From contig CM114271.1 of NCBI GenBank assembly GCA_050084515.1, positions 33,294,001 through 33,358,000 on the forward strand: a DNA stretch of 64,000 nt, given 5' to 3'. The notes beneath the pieces are model-generated. The model was not told the origin of the DNA and ran no database searches. It saw only the letters and a program-made list of their open reading frames with translations. The position numbers and the translations under genes are program-made. The stretch comes from Blasia pusilla. Its lineage: Eukaryota. Shown piece by piece: positions 1 through 13,517 of this stretch (positions are counted from its first letter, which is position 1; each line of letters opens with the position of its first letter).

Positions 1-3000
1 TGACAGGGATGAAACGTTATCGTGTCGAGAGCCTTTCTTCGAGTAAGGGCAGGCCTTCTAGCTGCGGGAGACGCGGTCGATGCAAGATGAATTCTCTGAG
101 AAGATCTCCTTTTTCAATATAAAATTATTAAGTATACTCTCCATTTTCTCACGACAGGTATCACAAATGGAAGTGCCGAGGCGATCACTTCTTCGTAACA
201 TCGGATCCCGAAATTCCTAACTATAAAATCCCTATAAACTATTTAACGCTTGTATACGAGGAAGATAGCACAACTAGTATTAAACCCTACTTGAGCAGGC
301 CTATTGACGTCCATAGATCACCATATAAGGACATAAAAGTACAATCCCATGTCCTTCCATATGCGACGATAGGAAGGATCACCGGAGTTGAAGATTGAAT
401 GACCTGGTTCATGAACGCCTCCCCAAAGTGATAAACCAAATAGCGAGTGAACCAGTGCCTATCTACAAAGAGTATCTTGACATGGTATGGATTAAGGAAA
501 GGAAATTTGGGCACAACTCGTGCTCCACCCCTATCCATGCTTGACAGATATTCTCTACTCTCCTCAAGAATGGGTTTTGGCGGAGTTATTCTCCCAAGAG
601 GGGTAATCCACTCTCATTTGGGAAGTAACAAGCCAAAAAATTCACTATTTTAGTATGACTAAACTCCTCTAAGGTGACAAACCTCTCATCTCCACACACA
701 CACCACACTCTAGAAACCTCTCGAAGAATAGACCATGGTCAAGTTACTCTCCCAAGAGGGATGATCCACTCTCATTGGAAGAGCAAGCAATCCCAAAGTC
801 ATATACTCAAGAGTGACACGAAAGACTCAAGATGTAGAATAGAAGGTGATCAACCCTTGAAGGTCCCTCCTCTTTCTTTATATACTCACAAGGGATCCAC
901 AAGAGTACGAAATAGAGCTAATCTTATCTTGTGCCATATGGCTTCCTCTCAAGGCTTAGCCAATCACATTTTGACATAAGTAGATTTCCTCTTATCTCTT
1001 CCAAAATATCCTCTTTTATCCACTTGATATTTTCCAAATTACCCCAACTACCTTAGCCACCTACCAAGACTATTTTTGCTTTTCATTAAAGCAACTACTT
1101 TACTTTTATACAATCATCTTTTATTTATTACCTCTTTTTCCTAAAGTTGGGCCCGTAGAAAAGAGGCACCTTAAAGAGGCTTAAACATAAGAATTACCTT
1201 TTTCTAAGCCAATTTACTTAATACTAATAAAACTCTATCTAACACTTAATAAAGAAGGGGTTTACACACTGGTTGATTTTACTATACAACAATGTGTAGT
1301 CACTACTTGGTCTCGTGCACAAAATTCACACCACACAATGATAGAGCATATAATGATATTGCTAAGTTGGTAACACCATAATTTCCCAACACATTCAGTA
1401 GCCTAGATTCATTTCCCAAAGTTATTGTAGTGGTAAGTACTCAAGGCTCAAGTTTGATGAACATCATTACTTGCACCATAGCATCTTTATTTCTCACATT
1501 AGACTTGACCACGCATATCTCTTTGCTCACAAGTTATTGAAGCTCTCCAAATTCATGGCTAGATTGAATCTGATTGAGATTCCCAAATTAGGACATAGTT
1601 GTGTTAAGTCTCATTGAATATCACTAGGCACAAAGGATCTCTTAAGTGCAAAGGACCTCTTAGGTGATTTGTTGGTTCTTTCTTCAATTCATTGATAAAT
1701 CTACATAGCTAAGTCCCGTGGCCCTATGGGATCCCCATGGACAATATATATATTAATTCATTCATTCTCTCTTAAGCTCAAAAGGTTCCAAAGGATGTAA
1801 CAGCTGGTCACACCAGTATTGTTTGGTCAGCACTCACACTATGACAAACACTACTACTTGAGTACAGTCTCTCTCTTGCACAAAGGCGATTAGGGTTCTC
1901 TAGTTTGTCCTCACACATAACCTCAAGGTGCAAGATGGAGAAGAGTGATCAGGTTTTTGATAGCATGGATCTCCATATGTCCCTCCTCAAAGAGGTCATG
2001 ATTCATCCAGGCTCTAGTATGCTAAAACTTTCCTCACTAACTTCCTAAATTCTTGAAACAAGACCACATCTTCAATGCTATGGGATCATAGTGGAGTTGG
2101 TCATACTATTCCTAACTCTTTGAAACCTATTGAATATCCAATGACAACTTGAATTAAAGCTGAATATTGCTTTATCATTCAAGAATCCTTATGTCATCAG
2201 ATTCAAAAAATAACTATATACACAAGCCCAAAAACACATTTCGCAGATAGGTATTTTCTTTATGTTGGAGTGGATCACTTGAAAAATGGAACAAGTCAAC
2301 ATAAATGGGAATGGATGTAATGAGATACTCACATAACTGTGGGATGATTCCGTTTTCTTCTTGAGTACACATTTGCTAGCTTCCTGGTCAATCTCCAAGG
2401 TTCTTCTACTCATAAATAAAGAGATGGTAAGCTATTTAGTGAAGGCACTTCTCATCATCTTTTCGAGCCTTGCTATTTGCATGAAATATGGATTTGAGAC
2501 CCAAAAAATTCCCTAATTACTAGCAACACGACACTATTGTCTCAAGACAAGTCCCTAACTATTCTCTTAAGACAAGTCCCTAACTTATGCTGCCTGAAGG
2601 GATTAAATTGCATAATTTAATCCCCGTAGGATTGTGCTATAACTCTAATATCTGTCCTAGTCAACCTCAAGATTAAACAAATTGTTTTGTTTCTTGATTT
2701 TGGGAATCAAAATTGACAGTTGTACTCATCTCTGCTAGGCTTTTGTGCAATTGCCTATCCTCGATTCTTTTGGCCTTAACCTAGAGACCAAATGGATCCT
2801 CCATACGATCCATATTCATTTACTAGAGAGGGGAAACATTAGAGGGATATAGAGTGGAGAAATTATTGTTTCTTGGAAATTACTACCTCTTGGAAGGCCT
2901 CCTCAAGAGTGCATACTCATCTTCCTCTCCACGTGAACCAATAGCTCTCTTGGCCAAGAAATATTTTCTAAGGGTCGCACAAACACTATTCCACCATGGC

Positions 3001-3483
3001 CTTCATCCTCGGAGAGCCTAACGCGGGCTAAACACAACTTAGGAGTTCACTAAACTAACCAGTAAATCCTAACGCTCATCACGCAGCAACCTCTGAGCGA
3101 CAACAACGAGAAGGTGCTAGCTCCATGCGCTTGCTTAACTGCATGCGGCAACCTCTAAGTGACAACAACAAGAAAGTGCTAGCTCTATCCGCTTGCTGAA
3201 CTGAACGCGCGCTCCTTAATGCTTCACTTGCTTCCAAAACCAATGTGTCCTAAATGAATAGCATTCCCTGCCCCCTAAGCTATATTCATGCATATTGAAT
3301 CAAACTTCTCCTTCCCTCACTCTCTCCCCCCAACGTACGCACATTGCTCACCAAAGGCAGCCTACTTCATTACGGATATATCGTCCCTAACATGTACACG
3401 TCCCATCGTTGGCCAAGAGCCCCACATCAGCATTCCCTCCCATGCCCCATCATTCACCTCAGGAGCCAAGTGAGCACTCCAAT

Positions 3484-4524
3484 TTTCACGACCCTCATAA
3501 CCAAATGAACACCAAAAAGGCGCCAAGCAGAACATCAGAACTCAAGTAGACTCACGCTGCCATGATCGCACTTTGGAGAGGCTTTTCGAAGGTCTCTTGG
3601 AAAAGTCCAAGAGACGAAACGTGGAACAGAGTTGTGTGTTTCATGCATTAGTGGTCGCGACCAGGAAACCTAGACCAAACGCGAATCAAGATAAGTTGAG
3701 TTGAGACTTGAGATGAGTTGAGTCTTAGAAGGTTGGTTGCCAAAGAGATGAGAACCAGTTTTGGAACACGACTAGCGTTTGAGGAATTTGGTTGTGTTTA
3801 GGACCATCATTTTTATCTCCAAGATGCATTTGGGAAAAATATTAATGCGCTGGAAAGCTTATCTTGAGACTTCTAACACACCAAAGATCTCAGCAAACGC
3901 ATAAGTATAGGATGAGATATTGGCAAAAAATGACTCTGAGAGCAATCGGGTTGAGGGCCAATTTGAGGGGCCCAGCTATCTTTCCCTAAAGTTAGGGAGA
4001 CCCCAAAGATCCCCAGAAGTACTAGTAAGGGGGAGTTTCTACGAGGATTCTCGGAACACGAACCCCACTTTGAGCACCAAACGGCGTCTCAAGGACACGG
4101 GATGGAACGGGAGTTTGGCGTTGGAATTCGAAACCTTAACTTGATGCAAGGGAGTGAACTTTGTACGCCACTCTAGGATTCCAACCCTTGATTCATTTTT
4201 TTTGAGTCTCGGTTAGGGAATCATTGGATTTCCATTAGACAGTTAGAACCGCCAAGTGCAAAGCGCCGTTTGAGGTTCCTGAACCAACCAGAAAGTCTAT
4301 CCCAAGTCTTTCAAGACTTGCCTATGTTGGTAACCATGAAACTTGGAAAGTTGAGCTTAATGAGAGACCCAGATGATAACTTGGAGAGTTAGCCCATTGA
4401 TTGATCTAGACTCGACTAACTAGAGTGTGTGTTTGGATGCATATCAACGTTGAGAGCGTGTCTTACTGAACGCACGCTTCCGCAACAACAAAGATTAACA
4501 TTCAAGAAGAGTAGGCGCACGACA
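3484..4524 (+). repeat. 5' LTR of chromovirus copy 1
   Basis: ~1.04 kb, homologous to the LTRs at 5753, 12077, 16808 and 23217. Starts tttcacgacc (decayed TGTCGCGACC), ends gcgcacgaCA. Left flank is CCAAT. Confidence 0.92.
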
Positions 4525-4526
4525 CC

Positions 4527-4537
4527 TGGTATCAGAG
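4527..4537 (+). promoter_or_regulatory. Primer-binding site (initiator tRNA-Met type)
   Basis: TGGTATCAGAG 2 nt after the LTR end, the canonical plant tRNA-iMet PBS. Confidence 0.88.
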
Positions 4538-5244
4538 AAAATCCTCGGTGAGCGTGAACTTGGGGTTGTTTAAGTTCTGGATGTTTGAGAAGAGCTCAAG
4601 GAGGGAGACCTCGATGCTCGAGGAGGAACGCAAGAGACGAAATGCCATTCATGGGAATGGGGCGTGCTCGGAAAGTGAGCAAGTTTCTAATGGAACTCAA
4701 ACTTTACTTTGAAGCACAAAGGGTAGAGGAGCAGGACAAGGTGACTGTAGCAGTCATGTTTCTGAAGGATCCCGCTCTCCACTGGTGGATGGCTCATCGC
4801 AAAGAAGATTTTGGCCATGGAAGAACTTTGAGTTGGGGAGAGTTGAAGGTGCTGATTGGTAACTGATTCACTCCGAAATATCAAGAGTATTGCAATGGCA
4901 TGAAGTTTGTAAGGTTGCGGCAAAGCAGGTCCCTTAGCGCTTATGTGCAAGAGTTCAATGAACAAATGAGCTCACTTTCCACGGATAAGTTTACAAAGAA
5001 GGTGATCTTCTTAAGTGGACTCAAGCCGACCACCAAAAAGGCCCTCTTTCGTATGCCTCACATTCCATAGATGTGCGCGGAGCTTCTGAGGCTGGCGGGG
5101 CGGATAGGGGACAATGAAGTCCAAAACCAAAAATCCTTTGAGCCGAAAAGTTTTTCTAAGTTACCAAAAAACAAAGGGGCATCCAAGAGGGTTTGGAATG
5201 GGGGTGAGCACGACCATAGAGGGTCTCTTGCCCCAACAGCAAAA

Positions 5245-5372
5245 TGTCGTGCGCATACACATCGTTATACAACATACATCATTGTCATCGAATATACACA
5301 CAAACACGCACGATCCCATGCTAACTCATTGCATCCAAACAATGAGACAAGAAGTACTAAAATATCTCCAAT
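5245..5372 (-). repeat. Terminal repeat B2 (~128 bp) of the MTase retroelement
   Basis: Direct repeat of 13203-13330 (tgtcgtgcgcatac...aatatctccaat). Confidence 0.9.
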
Positions 5373-5752
5373 TAAAGTAAGATCCAATCTCTCTCTACAC
5401 CATCTCACACCATAGCTCTCAAAGGTGTGCACTCTCTCTCATGTCAAACCAAACCCACTCTCCTAATGAGAGGCTTGGGTTACACTCACAAGGCAAGGGA
5501 CCATAGCTTTGCCACCTCATGCTAAGAGGTTCAACAAAGAGAGAATGAGCTCTCAAGCTCTCTCTCCTGGAGGTATACCCCTCCCCTCACCCAAGCTCTC
5601 TCCATGGTAACCTATTCTCCCAAGTCACCTCCTTGGCTCTTGACCCGATGTAGGACGTCAAGGGCCACTTACCAAAAATAGCAAATTGATCATATACTCA
5701 AAATGGTGCTTAAGGGAAAACCTGCTCTCTCAGGTTTCCCAGGGCCTCAGCA

Positions 5753-6769
5753 TGTCGTGCGCCTACTCTCCTTGAACGTTAATCTTGTTTGTTGCGGAAG
5801 CGTGCGTTCAGTAGGTCACGCTCTCAACGCTGATCTGCATCCAAACACGCACTTTGGTTAGTCGGGTCTTGGATCAATCAGCGGGATTACTTTCCGAGTT
5901 CTCATCTCGGACTCTCTCTTCAAGCTCAACCTTCCTAGTTTCGCGGTTTCCAACACGGGCAAGTCTCGAAAGACTTGGGACAGACTTTTCAGTCGGTTCA
6001 AGAACGAAACGGCGTTTCGCGCCTAGCGGTTCCAACTGTCCGATGAACATCCAATGAGTTCCTCACCAAGACTCGCACAAGTGAATCTCGGGTTGGAATC
6101 CAAGTGTGGCATACAAAGTCCACTCCCTTGGATCAGGTTTGGGTTTCGGGTTTCCGCGCCAAACTCCCGTTTCATCCGTGCCTCAAACGCCGTTTGGCGC
6201 CCAAAGTGGGGTTTCGTTTCCCGAGACATCTCAGAGAAGGTACTCCCCTTACTAGTACTTCTGGGGATCTCCGGGGCCCCTACATTTAGGAAAGACACCG
6301 GGCCCCTCAATTGGCCCTCAACCCGATTGCTCTCTGAATCGTTTTCGGCCAATATCTCAGCCTGTACTTATGCGTTTGCTGAGATCTTTGGTGCGTTGGA
6401 AGCGTCTCAAGATCAGCTTTCCAACGCGCCCTTAGTTGTCCCAAACGCATCTCGGAGCTCAACGTTATGGTCCTAAACACAGTCAGATTCTCCCAAACGC
6501 TAGTCATGTTCCAAATGGTTCTCACCTCTTTGGCAACCAACCTCCAAGACTCAACTCATCTCAAGTCTCGCTCGCGTTTGGTCTAGGTTTCCTGGTCGCG
6601 ACCACTAATGCATGAAACGCACAACTCGTTTCGCGTTTCGTCTCTTAGACTTTTCCAAGAGACTCTACCAAACGCCTCTCCAAAGCGCAAACCTCGCGGC
6701 GTGAGTTCCTTTGAGTTCGATGTTTCGCATGCGCGTATTTGGTGTTGTTTGGTTATGAGGGTCGCGACA
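5753..6769 (-). repeat. 3' LTR of chromovirus copy 2
   Basis: Adjacent to the PPT; near-identical to 12077-13108. Confidence 0.95.
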
Positions 6770-7459
6770 CTCACCCCTCCTTAGAAGGTTGATGTCCTCA
6801 TCAACGCAAACCTTATTGATGTTAAGTTCTGGGAAGCCGACCCCTTAACACAGAATCGCGTTCTGGTAGCTAACCCGCAATTCCTCTTTTGGCTTAAGTC
6901 TTAGGTTTGTCGTAAAGACTTAGACTTATTAGCTTCGCTTTCGATGAGCCTAGACTAGTTCGCCAAACTAATCTAACTATCAAAATAAGCTCACTAAGTC
7001 TGCAACCTAACACTTCACTCACTATTTGTAAACAACCGCCTGTCTACCTAGCCAACTCGTACTACTTTTGGGTCACCTGTATTCCACCTAGGCGCGTCAC
7101 TAAGTTCAGTCATGAAACATGAATGAGATCACCACAAACCCCAAGACAGACTCATCTCGCTTTCGCCGACATTAGGGCGAGCCCAAATGCTAGTACTTCA
7201 ACACTTGGTCCTGATCTAGATGCCTTATCTGAATACAAGCTCTCACCTCAAATACTCATTGTTTGGTCTCCTTGACTTACATCCTAAGCATATGAAGAAC
7301 TACTCATTGCCTTGCACAAACCAAACTCAAAATTACAATACAAGCATCGAATCTCCAAATCCATGTCTTCTTTATTGCAACAACTAAACCTTTCTAGTTA
7401 CAACGGGTTATCGGCCCAAGCTTTCCGGTCACAAGTTATGTCCATTGCTTCACCATGTA

Positions 7460-10400
7460 CTAACGCACGTGCCTTTCTTGCATCCATCTGAAGTCACGCA
7501 ATGCTTCTTGCGCATGTTCTAGATCCGCCTCCGCAATCCAAGTCGCCTCTTTCACATGATAGCCTTTCCACTTGACCAAGTACTCGTACTTGGTGGCCCT
7601 ACGTCTGGAACGCAGAATAGTCTCAACCTCAAACTCTGGTTCCTCATTTCTGATGACCGGTTGTGGTCTCAACATCCTCCTTCGCTCCGGACGCACATTG
7701 TCTTGAAGATACTTCTTCAATAATGACACATGGAAAGTCGGGTGAATCTTGAACTCGATTGGCAGCTCCAACGTGTACACATCCTCAAACGGCTTTGCCT
7801 TGATCACATACTGTCCAAAGATACTTGGTGACAATTTATGAACAATTCTTTCGGAAGAGTGAGATTCTTAACACTCAACCACACTTGTTCCCCAACTTGG
7901 AAACTCACATGGCGCCGACTTTTGTTAGCATGCTTTACGTACCTTAGTTGAGCCTTGGCGAGACTTTCTCTCGCTCGCTCTTGTCGTTCGTGCATTTCCA
8001 CTAACAAACATTCCGCCGTTGCTTGACGAGTGTGTGTCGATGTATTGCCCTTCGAAAGAGCTAAGTCAAGAGGCCCTTCTGGTTCTCTTTGATACGCCAG
8101 AAGAAACGGAGATTCTCCGGTTGCAGAATGCTTAGTCTAGTTGTAACAATACTCAGCCATACTTAACCACTTGGCCCAATCTCTTTGGTCTGCACTCACG
8201 TAATTCCGTAAGTATTGGTTTACGATCGAGTTTACTTTTTCCGTTTGCCCATCCGTTTGAGGATGGAAGGCCGTACTAAAGCTGAGTTTGGTCCGGAACC
8301 TCCTGAATAGATGTTTCCAAAAGGCACTGGTAAACTTCGGATCCCGATCGGACACAATGCTCCTAGGCAATCCGTGCGCACGCCACCAACCATCCAGGAA
8401 TAGTCGGGAAGTCGCGAGGCGTCCGAGACTCTCTCGTCGGCACAAACCTCCCAACTTGCTAAACCGATCAACTATCACAAGTATAGCGTTGTATCCCTCG
8501 GATTCGGAAGACTCGTAATGAAATCCATGCTAATGCTTTGCAAGGGTCCCTCCGGATTGGCAAAGGATGAAGTAAACCTTGTTTCTTTGCATAAGACACG
8601 CGGGTTCGCCTGGCAGTCACGCATGTTTTCACATATTGAGCAACATCTTCCTTCATGTTGGGCCGGAAGAACCTCTTAGACAAAACAAAGAAGAGTGGAT
8701 TTCTCCCTTTGTGTCCCGCCAAAGGTCCATCATGACATTCCACAAACACCTTGGTCCGTAGCTTGCCTTGGCCTACATAGATCCTACTCTGCTTAAACCT
8801 TAGCAAGCCGTGTCTCAAACTCAGATTGGCCACCTTCTCGCCCCGCTTTAACTTCCCAAGGTACTCCCTCGCTTGCTCATCCTTCATGTATCCTTCACGA
8901 ATCCTTCTTTCCGGTCTGTTTCATTAGGGAACATTGCTCTCAACACTTGTGTCGTCGATGGCATGTGTTCATCCCTGCGACTTAACGCATCTGGAATGAC
9001 ATTGTCTTTCCCCGGCTTGTGGATTAGCTCCACATTCATCAACGCCAAGGTATCATGCCACCGAAGTTGTTTTGGCGTCACGCGATCCTAGGTCTCAAAA
9101 TACTTGAGCGATATGTTATCGGTGAATACTCGAGTCTGTGAAGTCCCAAATAGTGACGCCACTTCCTCAAGCAATGAACCACCCACAAACAACTCTTTCT
9201 CATGAGTAGGCCATCTCCTTTCGGTGTCGGTCAACTTCTTGCTTTCGTATGCTCTGGTCTCCTTTTGCACCAACATTCTGCAATCGCGAAATCACTAGCA
9301 TCCGTGTGCACCTCGAACGGTTGTTCAAACTCCGGAAGTTTGAACTGTTTCTGAGAGGATCTCTTTGACTCGATTGAACGCTTTATCCACTTCCTCGGTC
9401 CATGTAGTATTGGCAAACTTTGCGGTCCAATCCGTGAGAGGTTTCACTATGCCCGAAAAATTCTTCACGTATGTCCGTAAATCGACGACTCCGATGAACC
9501 TTCGCATCCCTTCACCGTGGAAGGCGGTTCCCATTCGCAATCGCGCTCACCTTTTCCATGTCTGGACTCACTCCATCCGCATCGACCACATGTCCCAAGA
9601 ACTTGATCTTCGTCAAACCGAACTCACTCTTATCCGCATTCGATATCTGACTTGTTCGCCTAAGTTTCTCAAACACCGTCTTCAAATGTCGGCGTGCTCC
9701 TCTAGTGTTTTCGAATAGATGAGTATGTCATCTATATAGATGATCACAAACTCATCCGTCTCCTTGTGAAAGATGGAGTTCATCAAAGTGGTAAACGTCG
9801 AGGCGCATTACAAAGACCGAAGGCATTACTACAAACTCGAACGAACCGTATCTCGTCCTCTGAGCGGTCTTCTCTACATCCGCCGGCAATCCGAATCGAT
9901 AATATCCTGATTTCAGGTCAATCCGCTGAAATACTTGGCACCTGAAAATCGATCAAAGAGGTCATCCATCCTCGGTAGAGGATAGTTATTCCTTATCGTC
10001 ACTTTATTCAGCGCCCGATAATCAACACAGAGTCTCAACTTCCCATCCTTCTTCTTGACAAAGAGGACGGGCGCCCCATAAGGTGACTTGCTCGTTCGGA
10101 TGTAACCCCTCTCTAGGAGTTCACCCAACTGTTTCTTCAACTCAGCAAGTTTCTCTTGATTCAACCTATATGGTGCCTTTGAAGGTGGTTGAGATCCTGG
10201 TATCACCTCAATCTTATGATCAACCGCTCTATGTGGTGGCAACTCAGTCGGAAGCTCCTTAGTCAACACATCTTCAAATTCTTTCACAACTCTCTTGAGT
10301 GTTTCAAGGATCTCCTTGAAGCTGAGTTCTGATCTCTGCATCTTGCGCTTGCATCATCCTCTACTCGTCTCATCAAGCAAAGGAATCCTTCCTCTAACTC

Positions 10401-12017
10401 GCCAAACTCGTCCTCGTGATGGCGTTCACCAACTCCGTCTTTCTAGGCACCTCACGAACCAATCGACATCCGTCCGTTTGCCGTAACCAAGACGCTTAAC
10501 CTCAAAGGTCTCCGCCTCAGTTCCACCTCATACGCATCCAAGAACGTGTTCCCCAAGACTCGTCGATACCGTCCATCTAAATCTGTAAAATTCTCCTTCA
10601 ACTCAAATACTCGCATCTCACAACTAGCCCTAAAACCAGATCGATGTCGGTGGGATTTTCCTCCCGCGAATCCTACCCTAATGGGTTCATCCGCTTTGGT
10701 GGTTGGCAATCCCAACGTTTTACGATTCTCGGACTCAAGAATGAGTGCGAAGCACTTTGTATCAACGAGCAACATCACATCGCGATTAGCGATCTTGGAT
10801 CCTAGGTAAACCAAATTGGGCGTTCTCTTGGTGACTCAGAGATGTATCTAGATCTCCCTCCGATAAATGCTTAGCGGCAAACGCAATCATACTCGGTTTA
10901 CTAACCTTGGGCCTCACACATTCCTTAGCCATATGCCCGGGTTCGCCACAATTATAACAAATCACTTTGGCATTCGTTGACTTCGTAAACGGCGGCCTCT
11001 TCGGCCAGCGTTGAGTTCCACTCGTTTTTGGCTGAGGAGAGACCCTCCGTGGTCGCGCTCACCCCCATTCCAAACCCTCTTGGATGTCCCTTTATTCTTC
11101 AGAACTTAGAAAAACTTTTTGTCTCAAAGGGTTTCGGGTGTTGGACCTCATCGTCCCCAATCCGCTCGGCTAGTCTCAAGAGGTCCGCGCACGTCTCTGG
11201 GATGTGAGGCATACGAAAGAGAGCCTTCTCGGCACTCGGTTTGAGCCCACTTAGGAAGATCACCTTTTAGTATGTTCGTCGTGGAAAGTGCACTCATGAG
11301 CGCACTAAACTCTCACATAAGCACCAAGTGATCCACTGGCGCAACCTCACCACCTCCATGCCATCGTGGTACTCCTGATATTCCGAGTGAATCGGTTCCC
11401 AATCAACTCCTTGAAATCTTCCCAACTCAACGTTTTCCCACGACCTAGATGTTCTTTCCGGTGAGCCGTCCACCAATGGAGAGCGTGATCCTTGAAACGT
11501 GACCGCTCTGATCACCTTGTCTTGTTCATCTCGCTTTTGCGCTTGAAATAGAGTTCGAGTTCCATTAGAAACTCGCTCACTTTCGAGAACGCCCCATTCT
11601 TGTGAATGGCGTTGGCAAATTAGTCTTACAAAGCTTCTTGCCGAGCTAGAGGCTCCATTTGACTTGAATTCGAGATCACCTTACTGTTCAGCCATCTGGT
11701 CCGCCATCACCTTCATCAATCCCATCATTTGGGTATAAAAGGCCGGATCGTTTAAGTTTGGACCCGAAGGTCCCGCGGAAAGATTTTCGGTTGGAACATC
11801 CTCATGTATGCGGGACTCGCACGGGAGTCGCAAATTCCACCTCCGCTCTCGGTCCGTCATTGATTCGTCTCTTGGCTTCTTTGCTTTGACTCGCGGTTTC
11901 TCGGTTCTTCGTCCTTGGTCGCCATTTGTAAAGTCGTCGCCTTTTCTCAGATCTCCTCCTCGCCTCTTGCGTTCCTCCTCGGCGTCGCGGTCTTCCGGCT
12001 ACCTTGAGTTCTCCCAA
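7460..12017 (-). pseudogene. Frameshifted gag-pol of chromovirus copy 2 (gag-CCHC-PR-RT-RH-INT-chromodomain)
   Basis: CYNCGEPGHMAKEC ~10920-10960; PR ~10450-10814; RT 9913-10341 ([28 protein letters not shown]); RH (VHTDASDFAI); INT (IVSDRDPKF, HPQTDGQTE); chromodomain 7460-7640 (FEVETIL...YLVKWKGY...ATW). Confidence 0.93.
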
Positions 12018-12076
12018 ACGCCCAGATCTTCAACGACCCCAAGTTCACGCTCATCAAGGAATTGCTCGATACCACG

Positions 12077-13108
12077 TGTCGTGCGCCTACTCTCCTTGAA
12101 CGTTAATCTTGTTTGTTGCGGAAGCGCGCGTTGATGAGGTCACGCTCTCAACGCTGATCTGCATCCAAACACGCACTTTGGTTAGTCGGGTCTTGGATCA
12201 ATCAGCGGGATTACTTTCCGAGTTCTCATCTCGGACTCTCTCTTCAAGCTCAACCTTCCTAGTTTCGCGGTTTCCAACACGGGCAAGTCTCGAAAGACTT
12301 GGGACAGACTTTCTGGTCGGTTCAAGAACCTGAAACGGCGTTTCGCGCCTAGCGGTTCCAACTGTCCGATGAACATCCAATGAGTTCCTCACCAAGACTC
12401 GCACAAGTGAATCTCGGGTTGGAATCCAAGTGTGGCATACAAAGTCCACTCCCTTGGATCAGGTTTGGGTTTCGGGTTTCCGCGCCAAACTCCCGTTTCA
12501 TCCCGTGCCTCTGAAACGCCGTTTGGCGCCCAAAGTGGGGTTTCGTTTCCCGAGACATCTCAGAGAAGGTACTCCCCTTACTAGTACTTCTGGGGATCTC
12601 CGGGGGCCCCCTACATTTAGGGAAAGACACCCGGGCCCCTCCAATTGGCCCTCAACCCGATTGCTCTCTGAATCGTTTTCGGCCAATATCTCAGCCTGTA
12701 CTTATGCGTTTGCTGAGATCTTTGGTGCGTTGGAAGCGTCTCAAGATCAGCTTTCCAACGCGCCCTTAGTTGTCCCAAACGCATCTCGGAGCTCAACGTT
12801 ATGGTCCTAAACACAGTCAGATTCTCCCAAACGCTAGTCATGTTCCAAACTGGTTCTCACCTCTTTGGCAACCAACCTCCAAGACTCAACTCATCTCAAG
12901 TCTCGGCTCGCGTTTGGTCTAGGTTTCCTGGTCGCGACCACTAATGCATGAAACGCACAACTCTGTTTCGCGTTTCGTCTCTTAGACTTTTCCAAGAGAC
13001 TCTACCAAACGCCTCTCCAAAGCGCAAACCTCGCGGCGTGAGTTCCTTTGAGTTCTGATGTTTCGCTTGGCGCGTATTTGGTGTTGTTTGGTTATGAGGG
13101 TCGCGACA
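12077..13108 (-). repeat. 5' LTR of chromovirus copy 2
   Basis: Adjacent to the PBS; near-identical to 5753-6769. Confidence 0.95.
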
Positions 13109-13202
13109 CAACAGGTCATCCTCAACCTACTGAGCGTGTCCTCCACTACTCCCGAAGGCGCTCTACTAGATCTCACCGATCTATCCTAAAAGACGTAACA
13201 AC

Positions 13203-13330
13203 TATCGTGCGCATACAAATCGCTACACAACATACATCGTTGTCACCAAACACACACACAAATACGCACAATCCCATACTAACTCATGGCATCCAAACAA
13301 CGAGACAAGAAGTACTAAAATATCTCCAAT
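13203..13330 (-). repeat. Internal repeat B1 of the MTase retroelement, preceded on the minus strand by a polypurine tract
   Basis: Copy of 5245-5372. Minus-strand TAGGGGGGACG (13331-13341) lies directly upstream. Separated from A2 by a 2-nt spacer (13201-13202). Confidence 0.88.
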
Positions 13331-13517
13331 CGTCCCCCCTAGCTGGTGGTTAAGTCCCTCTAACTCCAGATAGCCATCTATCCCTACCTACCATGACATA
13401 CATCTCTCAGACGCTAAGAGCAAGAAGGCCGGGTGCTCGTGTGGCCCCATTGTTAGTCGCCTTTTTGTCATCCATGTCATAGAAAAAGTCAAAATTGAAA
13501 CCTACCTAGTATCTCCT

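Larger units (their letters stand above)
5753..13108 (-). mobile_element. Full-length Ty3/gypsy chromovirus copy 2
   Basis: Near-identical LTRs 5753-6769 and 12077-13108 (TG...CA). PBS-like TGGTATCGAGC at ~12064-12074 (-). PPT AAGGAGGGGTGAG at ~6770-6783 (-). TSD CAGCA/CAACA (1 mismatch). Confidence 0.96.
5373..13200 (-). repeat. Repeat A2 of the MTase retroelement, split into 5373-5752 and 13109-13200 by the nested chromovirus
   Basis: The joined halves match 18705-19201 and the reverse complement of 58524-59038. The uninterrupted site ...gcctcagcaggtaatcc... is seen at ~19105-19125. Confidence 0.9.

Noticed and set aside
5854-6774. Multiple short ORFs inside the chromovirus LTRs (also 12109-13176 and 16942-17524)
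   Set aside because: They overlap on both strands, frames are not conserved between LTR copies, and they have no recognisable domains.
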